From positions 17,394,912 to 17,458,911 of the forward strand of contig NC_092675.1 of NCBI RefSeq assembly GCF_964355755.1: DNA of 64,000 nucleotides, read 5' to 3'. This document shows positions 50,001-64,000 of this stretch, in pieces; within the stretch, counting starts at the first letter, position 1, and each line of letters opens with the position of its first letter. The notes below the pieces were generated by a model. The model saw only the letters and a list, made by a program, of their open reading frames with translations. It had not been told where the DNA came from and made no database searches. The position numbers were made by a program, and so were the translations under genes. The stretch is from Antedon mediterranea (lineage: Eukaryota; Animalia; Echinodermata).

Positions 50001-53000
50001 TATCTTTGTACCAAGAGTTTGTGAATCCTTCAACGTGATTGGCGGGCTACTCTGGGCAAAGTTAATCAATAATAACTCTTCATATAGTAAACCTATTTTC
50101 ATAAACAACCCCTCATTTTAAAGCTTAATAAATATAGATTACGAAAAAAATTATTATTTTCAACACTATGCCGATTTTGTGATGCCAATCGTGTGTTTGA
50201 CATACCTTCTAAGATGTAGAAATGACGTATAACAGAGTCTTTTAAAATCCTGGTAGTGTTCACTTGAGGTTCCACCCATGCCTTCCACCATTTCTTTACT
50301 CAACTTCATCGGGGGTGGTAGTGGTTTTGGGTCACGTCCTAGAATGTAGCCAAAATCAATATGGAACAATTTACCATCTTCAGTCAGCAAAAGATTGTCT
50401 AAGTGACGGTCACCAACTCCAAGTAGATAAGTTATTACACAATAACCAGCACAGCTTTTCACATAGGTATCCATCACGTCTGGGTGTATGCCATAAGGTC
50501 CCATTTCATTTGGGGCACATTTGCGGAAGAAGTTTTGTATGTTTCCATCATATTTTGCCAGTACTTCAGCAACTGCTGTAGAATTAGGCACAAACTGAAC
50601 CAATCCATGTTTACTGCTTGTTGCTAGCACTCGGTATGGGGTCAATTTGAGGTCAAGATTTTCTTGTCTTAAAAGCTGTAATAACAATGATAAACTAGAA
50701 TTTAATTATAGGTGATCTCTATGATTGAAGATAATTTTATCAGCATTTAATACAAAATTAAAAAATGTATGTGAGCAGAAATCTCGAAATTCCAGATGAT
50801 GTTGTTGTTGTTGAGTATAACATAGTTACGATAAACTTTTAATTGCGTATTCTTTGAAACATTTACGATCCTTGATTATTTAAATTTGTAATTAAAACAT
50901 TAAAATAAATTACAACCGACGGAAAATGCTAGACCCACTCAGCCTGCGCCTTGCTCGAAATTATGAAATTCCTCAGTGATCAAGAAGCACGGTGCCGTGA
51001 AGGATTGATTTCTAAAATAATGTTCGAATTGAAATAAAAAAGCTTGACATTTCTTAGGTAATTTTTATTAAATGTATACTCTACTTGCTTGACAAATACT
51101 TTGTCCATTAAATCATTTAATATGCTGTAATGTGACCGTAGTAAATGGCAAAAATACCATCGCCTCGCACCGCGTGTGTGTAGAGATTCCTCACTGCATG
51201 ATCTGGCCGGTGTCGTTTATTGTTGTAGTACAAGCAAAAACAATAATTTGGTAGAGTCCATTAATTATAGGTTTTTCACTATCTAAGAGCCTTTTGATGT
51301 GCCTCGTCCATGGTGTAGCCAAAACGTTTATTTACATCCCTAAATTTACAATCACGTATTCATTTTGCTGACGCTATTCAATTTGATGTTTATCGCAGAT
51401 ACAAAATACATTCGCCAATTTGGTTCGCCAAATTGGCGAAAACAAGAAACTCAAATCGCAAAAATAAAAGGTCACGAAATAGTTGGAAATGTAAAATCGC
51501 CAAAATTTAGGGCCGCAAAAATGTCAGTACACAAAATTCTGTACAAAAAGAAATAAAAAGGACAAGAAATATTTCTTACAAAAAACGTCGCTTGCTTGGG
51601 TGACGTAACAGTTTTAAAGATATATTGTATCCCTAATCAATTTTTTTTTTCCAAATTTGCTTTTGAATGTGTCATTTTAATGTCACATAATAGTTATTCA
51701 CTTTAATTAACCAAAAGATGGATCGACAAAAAAAATTATTTAACTGAAACAAATGAAATTCAAAGCAAAAATACTTCAATTTTCTGTCAGACAATGTTTT
51801 TTTTGTTAAAATTAAACATTTCTTTCTATTTTTATAAATGAAATTATTTTTATGACTTTGTTTTTTTTACAGAAGTGAAAAACTTTATTAAAACTGCAAA
51901 ATTACCTACTTAAAGTCTGATTTTATTAATCTTCATTTTTCATATTTTGGGAGGACAATATACACTTTAAATTATTGATCTTTCTTCAGAAATAATGATT
52001 TATCAATTAGTTTTGTTTAACAATCAGTAGTAAACATTTTGTGTAACATAAATATATATGTCCACTGTACAGAACAAAAATATAACCACAATCTAAACTA
52101 TGAGTTGTATCATTTGTAATATCAATTGATTCTGTCTCAAATCATCACCATTCTTACACTACTTACCTTATCCATGAGTTGTATCATTTGTAATATCAAT
52201 TGATCCTGTCTCAAATCATCACCATTCTTACAAATCACCACATACTCATCATCCTCTGTTGTCATGAATGTCAACCTGCATGGCATGAGGGCGCTCTTGA
52301 ATATGGTGGCCGTTTCTGGTTTGATTGCCTTGATGATGTGCTCTGGATGAAGGGGTAGAGGGATGGGCTCAAACTCCTTATAATTGTATGATAATATGTC
52401 TGGATTTGAGAGTACCGATTGTAATCTGTCAATCTGTCAAAAAAGATTTAAATTTAATTCTTCACATTTATAATTCAATCGAGGATGAGGAGTCTAATGT
52501 TGAGTGTATTATGCCGAAAGATATGATAGATACTAACACATACAAACTAATTTGCGTTATTGAAAAACCAGATTATGAATGAAACCGCACCGCATGAAAC
52601 ATTTTCAATGCACTTAGCAAATGCAGACAAAACAATATACTAATGTATTTTAAACAAGAATTTAGAGTCAAAGTTCTAACAGATATTTTTGTACCTGCTG
52701 AGTTGGAAGTCCTTTGGCTTCTAATTAAACAACCAAGACTAAAGCTCTATCCCTATTCTTCCAAGGTAAAGTTTAACAGGCTAACTCTCTTGTGACTCCA
52801 GAGAGCCTGCTACCACAAGATTGGGCCCAACACAAACAGCTCTAGTTTTTAGGGCTTTGATTAGATTACGTACAATTTTACTGATTTGGAAGAGATTATT
52901 TAAATTCAGTTCATTTAGGGCTAGGTTTATTTTTTAAGAGTTTAATTCATGTTATTTATGGGCCTTTTTGTCTAAAAAAAACATGGTAACAGACCTACCA

Positions 53001-56000
53001 AATGGGCCTAGAATTGTTGCCTAGATTGGTATCTGAGCAATTTGCTGACTCCCGATTTGCCGACTGGCTATATAAATTGTGTATCAAATAGCCAGTCGGC
53101 ACACGAAACACACATTGCTGACAATAATAAAACTTTATCATACTTTAATCAATGGTTTTTTTTTAGGCCTCTTTCTTAGGCAGCGAGTTTATACTACAGG
53201 TAGCAGTATTTCTGCGTTTGTATGTGGAAATGTGCGAATCAATATACATTTCTAACTTTCAGTTTACTAGTTATTTATAATGTATTGTTTAGTAAAGTTA
53301 GAGTTTTTAATATGGCAGTAAAATGTTGGATTTTACTAATTTTGATGCATAAGCTAGGCCAGATATGGGTCATATTGATCGGCAAAATGTCGACGCATAG
53401 GCGGCTGAAACGACCGCACATGGCTACCTCTGATGTTCTAACACGAAATTTAAAATGCTATTTTTCGAACATTGCGATTATAAAACTGAAAGTGAACATA
53501 CGATATATTATCAGCAAAATATTCAACAGTAGTACGTAGTAAAATAAAGCAAGATGAATAACTCTAAATTATGTAAAAATGTATCGGGATGTACGAAAAA
53601 GCGGTGTTAAAATCAATGCGAAATATATATATATATATATATATCTTTATCGTTTCAAAAATTAATTAAATAATTTTCAGTGTATCACCGGGCGGTTTGG
53701 AATTTATTTCTATGCCTGTTGTGTTTATATATATATAAAAGTATCTCGAGATCCCGCTTAGTGAATAAATATACTGAATTATAGATGAGGGCGTATCAAT
53801 TTGATCTCTGGTGCGCGTGCGTACAACTGAGGGCTAGTTGTGTTCCAACCGTACCACGCCGAGAATGTTAAAGGGTTGTTATCCGATTGAGTTAAAGAAC
53901 AATACCATGAAAGCCCCAGTGGTCTAATGGTTAGGGCAACTGCATATCAAGCAGACGGTCCGAGTTCGAGTCTCGGTTGGGGCGACTTTTTTTCATTCTC
54001 CCAGATTTCCTCATCTTTATTGTTTCAAAAATGTATTAAATAATTTTCAGTGTATAACCGGGTGGTTTGGAATTTATTTCTATGCCTGTTGTGTTTATAT
54101 ATATATATTGTATATGAAAAAAACTAAATGAGAGAATTTGAAGAAAAAAATCTGGCTGTAATTGGCTGTGACCATGATGTAAATTCATTCATTTTGTGTA
54201 AACCTCTTACCTTCTTCTTTCTATTGCCACTTTCTCTTGATATACTGACCATAAGCATCACAATTTTCTCAACAAAGCTCTGTTGCTTAGCCAACTTACT
54301 TCTAAACTGATGTCCCTTTTTACCATTCTAAAAACATGCATTATTCAATTGTATTGGTTAAATGTATATAAACATTAAATAGATAGATAGATATTAAAAT
54401 GTGGTTGGTTACATCAAGTTACATCAAATGATGAACCCCATCAGTTATATTGACAGTAGAGAGTAATTAACTGATAACACAAGCTTGGATCGGCTCAACT
54501 CTGTTCTTTGCACACTTAACTCTAGTGTGGATGAACACAGCTTTGGTTTCATCCATGTTTAATACATATAAAAATATCTTTCTTATTTTATATAGCTAAA
54601 TATATACAGTATCACAAAGATCAATACATGAACATGCATTAATATCATTACATTAAGTATCACAGTAATGTACTTTTGTTAATGAGAATTCGTTTTAATT
54701 TTTGATTATTTATTCAATCTTTTAAAATTTGTCCTATTGTTTTTATTTTTTTATTTTACTTGCTTATCTTTTATTTTACTTGCTTATCTTTTATTTTACT
54801 TGCTTATCTTTTATCCTACTTGCTTATCTTTTATTTTACTTGCTTATCTTTTATTTTACTTGCTTATCTTTTATTTTACTTGCTTATCTTTTATTTTACT
54901 TGCTTATCTTTTATCCTACTTGCTTATCTTTTATTTTACTTGCTTATCTTTTATTTTACTTGCTTATCTTTTATCCTACTTGCTTATCTTTTATCCTACT
55001 TGCTTATCTTTTATCCTACTTGCTTATCTTTTATTTTACTTGCTTATCTTTTATTTTACTTGCTTATCTTTTATTTTACTTGCTTATCTTTTATCCTACT
55101 TGCTTATCTTTTATTTTACATGCTTATCTTTTAGTTTACTTGCTTATCTTTTAGTTTACTTGCTAATCTTTTATTTTACTTGCTTATCTTGTATTTTACT
55201 TGCTTATCTTTTATTTTACTTGCTTATCTTTTATTTTACTTGCTTATCTTTTATTTTACTTGCTTATCTTTTAGTTTACTTGCTTATCTTTTAGTTTACT
55301 TGCTAATCTTTTATTTTACTTGCTTATCTTTTAGTTTACTTGCTTATCTTTTAGTTTACTTGCTTATCTTTTATTCTACTTGCTTATCTTGTATTTTACT
55401 TGCTTATCTTTTATTCTACTTTCTTATCTTTTATCCTACTTGCTTATCTTTTATTTTACTTGCTTATCTTTTATCCTACTTGCTTATCTTTTATCCTACT
55501 TGCTTATCTTTTATTTTACTTGCTTATCTTTTATTTTATATAATTAAGTTAAGTATTTATTATGATCTTATGAGTTTTATATTTGATCTGATTTGAAGTA
55601 ACCAATCTGTTTTATTTATTTTAAATTTAAAAAGTTGTAAAATCCGGAATAAATTGAATTGAAACGTGCATCATCACATCATGGATATTTCTCCTCTATG
55701 AGCACACACGTTTTTCGCAGTTTCAGTTTCAATTTATGTAATAGGGAGTCACATGTATTCTTAATTTTTATTAAATAATAATTTATAGGTTATACTTATT
55801 CTTTTGTTTTAAATGTAATATACAGCAAACACTTTGGTACTTTATTTCCAAGTACATTAATATTATTTCACGATTTATTCACTAATGGAACATAACAAAA
55901 GTAAACAAATAGCAAAAGGATAGACAACTAAGGCAGAACAGCCTGTGTTTTTAAAACTTAGTTGCATATAGATGCATGTTAATGGAATCCTGCTGTGTGT

Positions 56001-59000
56001 GTAAACACATTATACCACAGGGTGCACTCAATTTTAGGGTTAGACTTCCACAACAAGAGAGTGATGGTGTAATGGTAATATCGGACTAGCATGTGATAGG
56101 CATGGGTTCGAGGTTATCTGTACCATACTAATTGCATCCTTAGGCAAGATGCTTTACTCTCATTGCCTAATCTGGTAGGCGCTGCACTGCTGGCTGCCGT
56201 GGGTCCGTGGAGGGCCTAATCCGAATTTCCTCACTGAGGACAAAATATTAATATACAAAAACAAACTGTTTCTCATGTTGATATCTGTAATAATAATATG
56301 AGGTACAGCTTTACCTTAAGTAATGCTTGACTGAACCGCTTCATCACATTTACATACATCTCAGTGACCTTTGGGTCCTTGGAAATCAAGGAATCTTGTC
56401 TGTCACATTCAACGACCAAGTACCAGTAAAAATAGTTTGCTATTGTGAAGTTACAAGTGGCTTGATTTATTAAAAATGTTGCAAGGTCACACTGAAAAAA
56501 ATATTTAAAAACAATCTATATTGCAATTCAAATTTATACATTTGTAATAGTGTTTTGCATAGTTAAAACTAAAGTGTATCAATCCTAATGGTGAAAGAAA
56601 TAAAGCAAAAGCTGACCTCTTCATCCCTATCATCAGTACCATCTATATTTTGAGATTGATTGTTTTCTGAATGGTCTTCTACTGAACTCATAGATGATGC
56701 TCTTAATCTATCAACATAATAGCAGAATATAAAATGGTAAAAACAAAACTAATTTGATTAATAAATTATTATGAATACAGTAATATAATAATAATAACCT
56801 TTATTTATTCATGTACACTAAACTACAAGTTCTTTTGCAGTAAGACTACAGTATGTTCAAATGAAAACAAATACAAACAAAATGAGTATGTTATTGTTAC
56901 AGAAAAGAAACTAGAGCAAATTAACTACTGTAAAAATAATCAGAAAGTGAGCCAATATTAGAAAGTGAGTCAATAGTTATGATGTACTATTTTAATCATT
57001 GTGTATTTTTATATTGTTATTCTACATTTTATACTTTATTTTTATACGATATTTTTATACGATATTTTTATGTGATAAGTGAGCAAATGCAATTTCCAGT
57101 TTAAGTTGGACAATAAAAGTTATCTGTATCTGTATCTGTATCTATAGCCGAATTGTTTTGACAATTGATTTGTTGACCAATGTCGTCTTTTTAATTGTTG
57201 TTGTTTAATGCAATTGAGATTTTTGGGGTTGAGTGTCAATACAATATTATTATTATAAAGCTTTAATGCTTATAATAATATAGAATTTCATGGACATGTT
57301 AATACTATACTACATGGCTGATACTACACTAGGGCATCAAATTTATTGTACCAACACAAACACTATGTAAAAATTATCTCTACTCTAAATATGACTACAG
57401 TATAAACTGACTTATTATTAGTACAGTATTTATTTACAACTCAAGACAATTGTTATGATGATTAATTTAGTAATAATTAAATGTATGTATTGCTGTGTGG
57501 GAACAGGTCTCTTAAATTGACCATACAATGTTTGAGCGTATGAATGCATTCATGAAGTATTATACAGAGCATGAACCAGACTAATGCTTGGCTAGGCTAC
57601 CTTTCACGTTCAGCCTCAGCTTCCCTCCTAATCATCGCTGCATCTTCAACTCCTGCCTTGATTGCTTCAAAATCCTCATATTTCAAAGCCTGAACAAGTT
57701 GCAGTAAATACAATAATAATTCCTTTAAAAAATCAAATACAAAATGTATTAATTAACTATTGACTATAAAAATGGGTGCAATAGGAATCCTTCCAATCTT
57801 AGGTGAGAATTTTATTTCGTAATATTTCGTCTACAAACAAGGGCTATTCTATCGCAGTTGGGTGCATGTTTCTTCTAATAAGTTCTATTTATATTAGGGA
57901 AGGCTTAGCGATGTATATTCAAAAATTAATATCACGGTTTTTAGTATATTAAATATTACAATTAAAGAAATTATGAAAATCTGAATTGTAGTTTCCAAAA
58001 TATATGGTCGAAAATGATCATTTTTAGCCATGAACGATGTAAACAAGTTGCCCCTCAGTCTGCAATTATATGAACTAGGCCCTAGGCCATTTTTCGATAA
58101 AATAATTACATAAAATCATGTTTTTTACTAAAAAAAATTTGTATATTAACATTGTAAAATTCTATAAAATATGATATTAAATGATTAGTCAATAAAACAT
58201 AATGTTTATTTAAGCTCATATACTTTATTAGTCTTGAGAGAGATGTGGCTTTATGTGGTACACGCAAGAAAAATCTTATGGAATCCACTGAACTTTAACT
58301 CGAAAGATTTAAAAAAAATGTAATTCCTTTCCTTTGTTGTTATGGTGGTTAAAACCAACAAAATTGTAGTAAGTAATTACACTATATATTTATTTTTATA
58401 ACACAATAAACTAAAGACCATGAGCGCTTAATTTCCTACTATTTATGTACTACGCACTGGCCGTTTCATAGAAATAACCGGCGGATCAGTTTGTCGGCGG
58501 TCCAACCGGTGATATGCTTTTAATTCTGCCTGCTTTTGCTTTATATATATTTAAATCAAACCCATCATGTATTTTATGCTTCAATTAAATGTGGTGTATT
58601 AGGTTGTTTTTAATATAATTTTGTATATTAAAAGAACAATAGTTAGTGAACAGTTTGATTGAAACAATACAAACAATAATAAAACCTTGTTGCTGTTTAA
58701 TTTTTTTTACTTCTTGTCATTTTCTTTTTCATTTTTTTAAAATCTTGCATTACTTGGTTTCAGTATTTGTGAAAATCTAAATTTGTTAAATTACTACTTT
58801 TATGACTGATTCCGCTTGAAGATGCCATATATACAGAAAAGTATAATAGAAATTGTGTCACTGTCTGAGGTAGCTATGTAATGACATACCTCATGTGTTG
58901 CTGTTTTAAGCCGTGAGACAGCATACCTTCTAACCGTAGGGTTTTTAAACTGTGGAGACAACAGTTCCAACGCATCAGCCACATCTATGGGGCTCCATTT

Positions 59001-62000
59001 GTGTAAAAACTCAATTGCCTGCTTCTCTTCATGCGCTTGATTCCACTTGACCGATTTCAAAAACTTTGTAAGTGCTTGCTTCTGATTAGACAATGAGAAT
59101 CTAAACTTCCATAGTAGATCCTTTTCCTCTGATGTAATTTGTTGGTTTGGGGGATAGTTTACAATAGTCTGAACATAAAAAATAACTTCATTAAACACAT
59201 TAAAATGTGAATAAAACTAGAGAACTCAGATCTCAGTTTTCAAGAGATAGAAAATTAAGACCTGAGTTTTCTAGATCACCGATGCTTCTTTCATCATTTC
59301 AAAATCGCTGATAATCGTGGTAAATCGAGGCCTGACTAGGCCTAGGTGAGATTGCAAGGTTATTATCTCAGCTTGTTATTTGGAGGATCCTTGCCAAATA
59401 GGCCTTTAGCCTGGCTTTGATATCCTAGCTTGTTGGCCTAGAAATCGTACCCCTACAGAAAACTTGAAATTATTTACCTGAATTTCATAAACTAAACATT
59501 TCTAATTTCTAACATACAAATTGTCAATAAAATATTAATATCAAGCCTTTGAAATAATTAAGAAACAGTTATTCAATCATGTGTTATGTTAAGTAGGCTG
59601 TGTAGGCTGCATGATGATGTGGGAGAAAGCTTCTAGAAGGATGCTAATGACAGAATTAAAGCAACTGAGCTCTATAAACATAATATTTAGGCCTCCTTGA
59701 AGGTTGTTAAAGAGTGCAATCACGATCGTTTTCCTTAAAAATGAAGGACTGAATAAATATGTTTAAATTAGATATTTGTCCTTCAGGGAGAGTTTTAAAT
59801 CTGCTAAAAACACTCAGTGGATCACATTAAAAAACATCTGATACTCAGCTTTACGTAGCATGATTTTTAATGAAAATTTATAATTGGATAGATGGAACTG
59901 CATTGTGGAGACAAGAATCTGGCATAAGTTTGTTGTTTTTTATCCATTACTGAGCAATACTAGTTTACTCACATTAAGTTGATCTCTAGTTGCGGCATTT
60001 GGTTTCAAGTCCTTGTCTGTTAGTCCACTACGTTCACTTCTAACCAGTATATGATGCTTATCTTCTACCAAATTCTCCTAAAATATAATATTTGTGTCAT
60101 AAATACTGAAGTTATGTTTGTAGGTTACAGTACTAAAATGAAACAACCATAACAATTATTATGTCATGTCAAGAATGCATTTTACATAGAAACTGAATAC
60201 TCTGAATGATAATAATAATAAAATATTTTATTTTCACACAGAAACACTTAAATCACCCTAAGGTCAGTCAGTTGTTATGAACTGTTAGTACTCACCATCA
60301 GCATTTCAGGGTCTGGTACCTTAACAATTTCAGCATAATTGCGCATTTGGACAGATTCTTGGGCATCCTATGAAAAGATATGAATCAAAGATGGGTTCAT
60401 TTATTCAATTTAGTGCTGTTTTTATTAAAGTGGTTTCTTTAAAAATAATTAAATGAATAATAATATAATGTACAAATAATATTGCCTGCTTAGAGGTGTA
60501 ATATAAAACATTTAAGAATTGTAGTTTTCTTGAGATATTATATTTTCTCGAAGGGGTTAGCATTGCAAGAAAATATAATGCAAATAGTTACTAAATACTT
60601 ATGTTTTGAACAATGAACACTAAAATCTTGTTTGCTTATACTGGTGTTTCAATACTGCAACAAGCTAAGAAACTAAGATAAGACTAAGATACTCATGAAT
60701 GTTGTAGAATTGACTCTCCCAATACTAAAAAACTACAAGCCAAAAACTCTCCCAAGACCAGACTTGTTAATTGTTGCCATTAAAAACACAGCATTTATAA
60801 AAAAACATACAGTATAGTAGACTAGCCCAAGGGTGCCTGGTACTGAGAAAGTTGACTGCGTTTGATAATTAGTATCCATTTTCTATAAGGTATCGAACAT
60901 AAAAACATACAAAATAAATTTAACATGGTCTTAAAAATGTGTACTGTTGTATGATGGTTCTACCTGTATATTAACATTTCTTATTTGAATATAATCATGT
61001 CTATCCTGTTCACGTCTCCAAACATTGTTCAGTGAATTCAATCCAAGTAGTTGTGATGCCAAATTAAAATACATTATGGTCTTCCAGAAACATTGACAAG
61101 TTGTAATTTTAACTTATACTCGGGCAAAACATATTGCAACTGATTAGTTGAACTAGGCAATCTTGTGAGCTTGTAAACCTTGTAAAATGCCTGTGTACAT
61201 ATTCTTTCTTTGTAAAAAATTCAGATCAAACTAGAGTTTTAGGAAATTCTGTACTGTAATTAAATTTAATATCTCATGTTCCATAAATATTAATAGAAAA
61301 ATTCCAATCTAGGCACATTGTATTAGGATTCATAACAAATTGTACCATGAATTCAGTACAATAGAGTTAATTAAAAATCTATTACTACTGTTCTTTCATC
61401 TCTGCAGCAGAAATATCAATCCAGTTTATTGTGTTATCAATCCAGTTATATTATGTCAGTATTGTTGCTGATGAAAATCCCTGTTGGAGAACGTCTACAT
61501 TACTAATACTTCTAAGATACTATCAAATGACTTGCCTTCATCCTCAATACTCGGATAATAAAATCTAACGACAAAATAGCAGGTTTACAAAACAAAAATG
61601 TTTCTTCAAAAACGTATTTAGATCTTGCCCAAAATTGTATAAAACCAAAAAACAAACTCTGTTCTAAAAATGTGCCATTCAACAGTAATGACTAAATACC
61701 GTAGAAACTCATTATACACAATCCTAAACACGGACATATTCATGTTTTTGAATCAATTCCATACAATAAATAATAATAATACCAGTAACTATACTCCATG
61801 TTCATTCAAAATTGTGCAAATTAGCAAACAGCCGACACAATTGATATTCCTCATAAACCACTGACTGCAACTGGAATTGAAAGGACTTTATTATTACTGG
61901 TAGGCATACACAACTTTCACTATAATGTATTTCATTAACATAAAAATTAATTATTCCTAAATAAATTGATAATAAATCACTGTCATCTCTGATTTAATTT

Positions 62001-64000
62001 AAAATTTGTATCAAAGTGTATATGAGGCATATGGCATCACAAAATCGGCGTAGTGTTGGTTGATGTTAAAGAACCCAGGCTGGGTTCTTTAAAGTGAACA
62101 TGAGCCAGATGTGTACACTAGACCTTTAAGTCCTTATCTTATGGTTTGCGACGCCCTGCCTTAACAACTCGACTTTATGGGCCCAATCGTATTAATCATT
62201 GATCGTACATGGGACGCACGTGACTGACTGTGCATCCTGTGTAGCATGCCGTGGTTGATGTGCTTTTATTTTATTCTTATGTTACCAACATCAAACTCCG
62301 GAGTTGAGTTTTTAGGTCAAACGGTCATCCTCACACGATCACTCATTGCTTTAGTTTTATTTCAAAATACTTTAAATATTTGTAAAAAATATATAGCGGG
62401 TCTAAAAAATAATAAGTAGTATCAATAAAACATTATAATATATACAGTAATACTTATTAAATTAAAAATATTATCAATTAAAATTATTCTAATGATCGTC
62501 GCTATGTAAACAAACAAAATAGAGGGCGATATTTACAATTTTATTTTATAAACCCCAGTGTTGCTAGGTTGGTGTGAAAGGGGTATCTCCGGAGTTTCTA
62601 GATGTTTTGAATGGTCATAAACCATGTGGTGTCTCCGGAGATCACTCTGGAGTTTTGATGTGAAAGGGGTATAATTGTTGTATAAACTTTAAATGTGAAA
62701 GTACGCCTGTACATTATGCACTCAAAACGCTTCTATAACATGGGTTCATATTCTATTGGATATAGATCTCTAGTTGTATATTATTATTATAACTAACAAA
62801 AATGAATAACTCACCTTATCATAGTAGACAATGGAAAATTCTTTGTTATTGTAGTGCACTTTTGAAAATTCAATCATTAAATACATGAAATTTGAATTTC
62901 TTTTTTCTCTCTGTTGTTCAAATAAAAAAAATACATCAAATATTAAAACAAATGGGTAATGTAGGTACAATTCAGAGGTTCCAAGTTGAAAAAACAAAAT
63001 TCCGGGTAAACAATAGATAAGAGGGTAAGCTAATATTAAGCTATACAAAACATTTCAGGCATAAATCATCTGGGATATGCAATACCAAATTGACTAGGCC
63101 TACCTACCTGCCTATGTTCAGTAATAAACAATGGGTAATGCCTGACATCTATTTCAAGCTTGGTACTGGTATAGCCTAGGCACCTAGGCCTACGATAATT
63201 TTGTTAATAAAGTAGATAAAGAGACCTATTGGTAATCTTAGGGGGTCTTAGCTTTCGTGACACCCGAGTGCTTGGCTTGGCAGTTGATAGATGGCTGTTA
63301 ATTCGTGAAATAAAGGCATAAGAAATGCTTTTGTTTAAATACTGGGAATCATTATAAACAGTGTGTTAATTGTGAAATAAAAATGCTTAATTTCAGTTAT
63401 CTTAGATTACAAATCTCTAGGCTAGGCTAAGCTAGTCTTGTGGCTTTCTTCTCCGCTCCACACCTCTCGCAAGTCACTCCCTCGATCCTCACGATATATA
63501 TAATTGTAATATGAATTAAGAAGATTGTTTTGCATGGTTATTGAAAAAGATACATGGATCAAAACAGGAATGTTTAACTGTAGGCCTAGACCAGAAAGAC
63601 ATGGTTATGCGTTTGAACCAGCTACAGTAGGTCGACAATGGAGATTGGCCTCACTTGATTGGTGTCATGCTGTTTAATGGGCTTCATTCCATCGGTATTA
63701 TGAGACGAGAATGGTATACGTGTCTCGCCAGTTCATTATGAGAGCATGCAGCAAGAAGAGACGCGACGTAACATGATCTTAATAAATAAGGTCCTCAGAC
63801 TGAGGAGAAACCACCTAACTGCTAATAAAAGGGTTTAATCTGTTGTGCATTTTTCAATTAGAGGACAGAAATAAATAAACAAATTGAATAAACTTACCTC
63901 ATTGATCATTTCAATTTCTCTAAATGTCAGACGATCAAGCCAGTCAACTTTGACCATATGACCTTTATGGTGTTTCTTCACAAGCTTTGCTAGACGAGCC
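44059..64000 (-). CDS. PIK3C3: Phosphatidylinositol 3-kinase catalytic subunit type 3 (Vps34); 5' part lies beyond the window
   Basis: Exons on the - strand: >64000-63898 ([21 protein letters not shown]), 62910-62815, 60367-60296, 60077-59973, 59168-58890, 57722-57601 ([16 protein letters not shown]), 56707-56617, 56491-56315, 54327-54211, 52433-52167 ([10 protein letters not shown]), 50675-50206 ([21 protein letters not shown]), 44710-44620, 44448-44323, 44073-44059 (YWRR*). All GT-AG and phase-compatible. Confidence 0.97.
45197..47238. repeat. Long inverted repeat (~370-bp arms 45197-45565 and 46873-47238) in a PIK3C3 intron
   Basis: Arm 2 is the reverse complement of arm 1 with scattered mismatches, e.g. 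ctattaaaaacaattatcgtaggaggagataggaaaatg vs cattttcctatctcctcctacgataattgtttttaatag. A third partial copy lies at ~47590-47670. Confidence 0.9.
46250..48890 (+). mobile_element. Decayed Rex1/Babar-like LINE, split by a ~1.4-kb insertion (~46800-48220)
   Basis: Upstream part [27 protein letters not shown]...FANKLNEF; downstream part [58 protein letters not shown]. Confidence 0.85.
52100..52232 (-). repeat. 59-bp duplication of the 3' part of a PIK3C3 kinase-domain exon into the adjacent intron
   Basis: 52100-52158 matches 52174-52232 with one mismatch. Confidence 0.9.
53640..54108 (+). repeat. Family A tRNA-carrying repeat (~1.25 units) between (TA)n tracts in a PIK3C3 intron; tRNA-like gene at 53913-53984
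   Basis: Near-identical to 19830-20300. Confidence 0.92.
54751..55538. repeat. 20-bp minisatellite TGCTTATCTTTTATTTTACT (~39 copies)
   Basis: Direct reading; variants ttatcctact and ttagtttact. Confidence 0.97.
56058..56250 (+). mobile_element. tRNA-derived SINE (V-SINE-like central domain, LINE-like 3' hairpin tail)
   Basis: A box tggtgtaatgg, B box ggttcgagg, central ccttaggcaagatgctttactctcattgcct, 3' aatttcctcactgaggacaaaata. Confidence 0.7.
57000..57145 (+). mobile_element. 3' tail of a Rex1-like LINE with (tatctg)n
   Basis: aatttccagtttaagttggacaataaaag followed by ttatctgtatctgtatctgtatcta. Confidence 0.5.

Noticed and set aside
54729-55596. Hydrophobic 124-185 aa ORFs resembling membrane proteins
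   Set aside because: They are translations of the stop-free 20-bp minisatellite in all three frames.
50161-62060. 28-bp inverted match between 50161-50188 and ~62032-62059
   Set aside because: Probably ends of separate copies of a dispersed element. The span contains ordinary collinear PIK3C3 exons, so it is not one mobile unit.

Overview
AT-rich, intron-containing eukaryotic DNA, most likely a marine invertebrate deuterostome (echinoderm-like; this is inference only). Three protein-coding genes are well supported. (1) A + strand gene of about 30 exons (4099-30518). By manual splicing it encodes a secreted protein of about 2,980 aa: signal peptide, degenerate hemicentin-type VWA module, 4 FN3, 7 Ig (6 of them Ror-like), acidic/mucin spacers and THREE tandem Ror/MuSK-type Frizzled CRDs, with no kringle, transmembrane or kinase domain. 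I do not recognise this architecture; it is the best candidate for a novel system (a putative matrix-tethered, multivalent Wnt decoy or reservoir). (2) A convergent intronless ANKRD63/ANKRD34-like ankyrin gene (31601-34093, - strand). (3) The 3' roughly 80% of PIK3C3/Vps34 (44059 to beyond 64000, - strand). Non-coding DNA holds decayed LINEs (CR1/L2/Crack-like, Rex1-like), a tRNA-derived SINE, MITE- and Helentron-like elements, several minisatellites, long inverted repeats, and two unrelated ~370-bp (TA)n-linked repeat units that each carry a complete tRNA-like cloverleaf. A small spliced antisense gene may be nested in intron 1 of the large gene. All exon boundaries were read by eye; no database searches were run.
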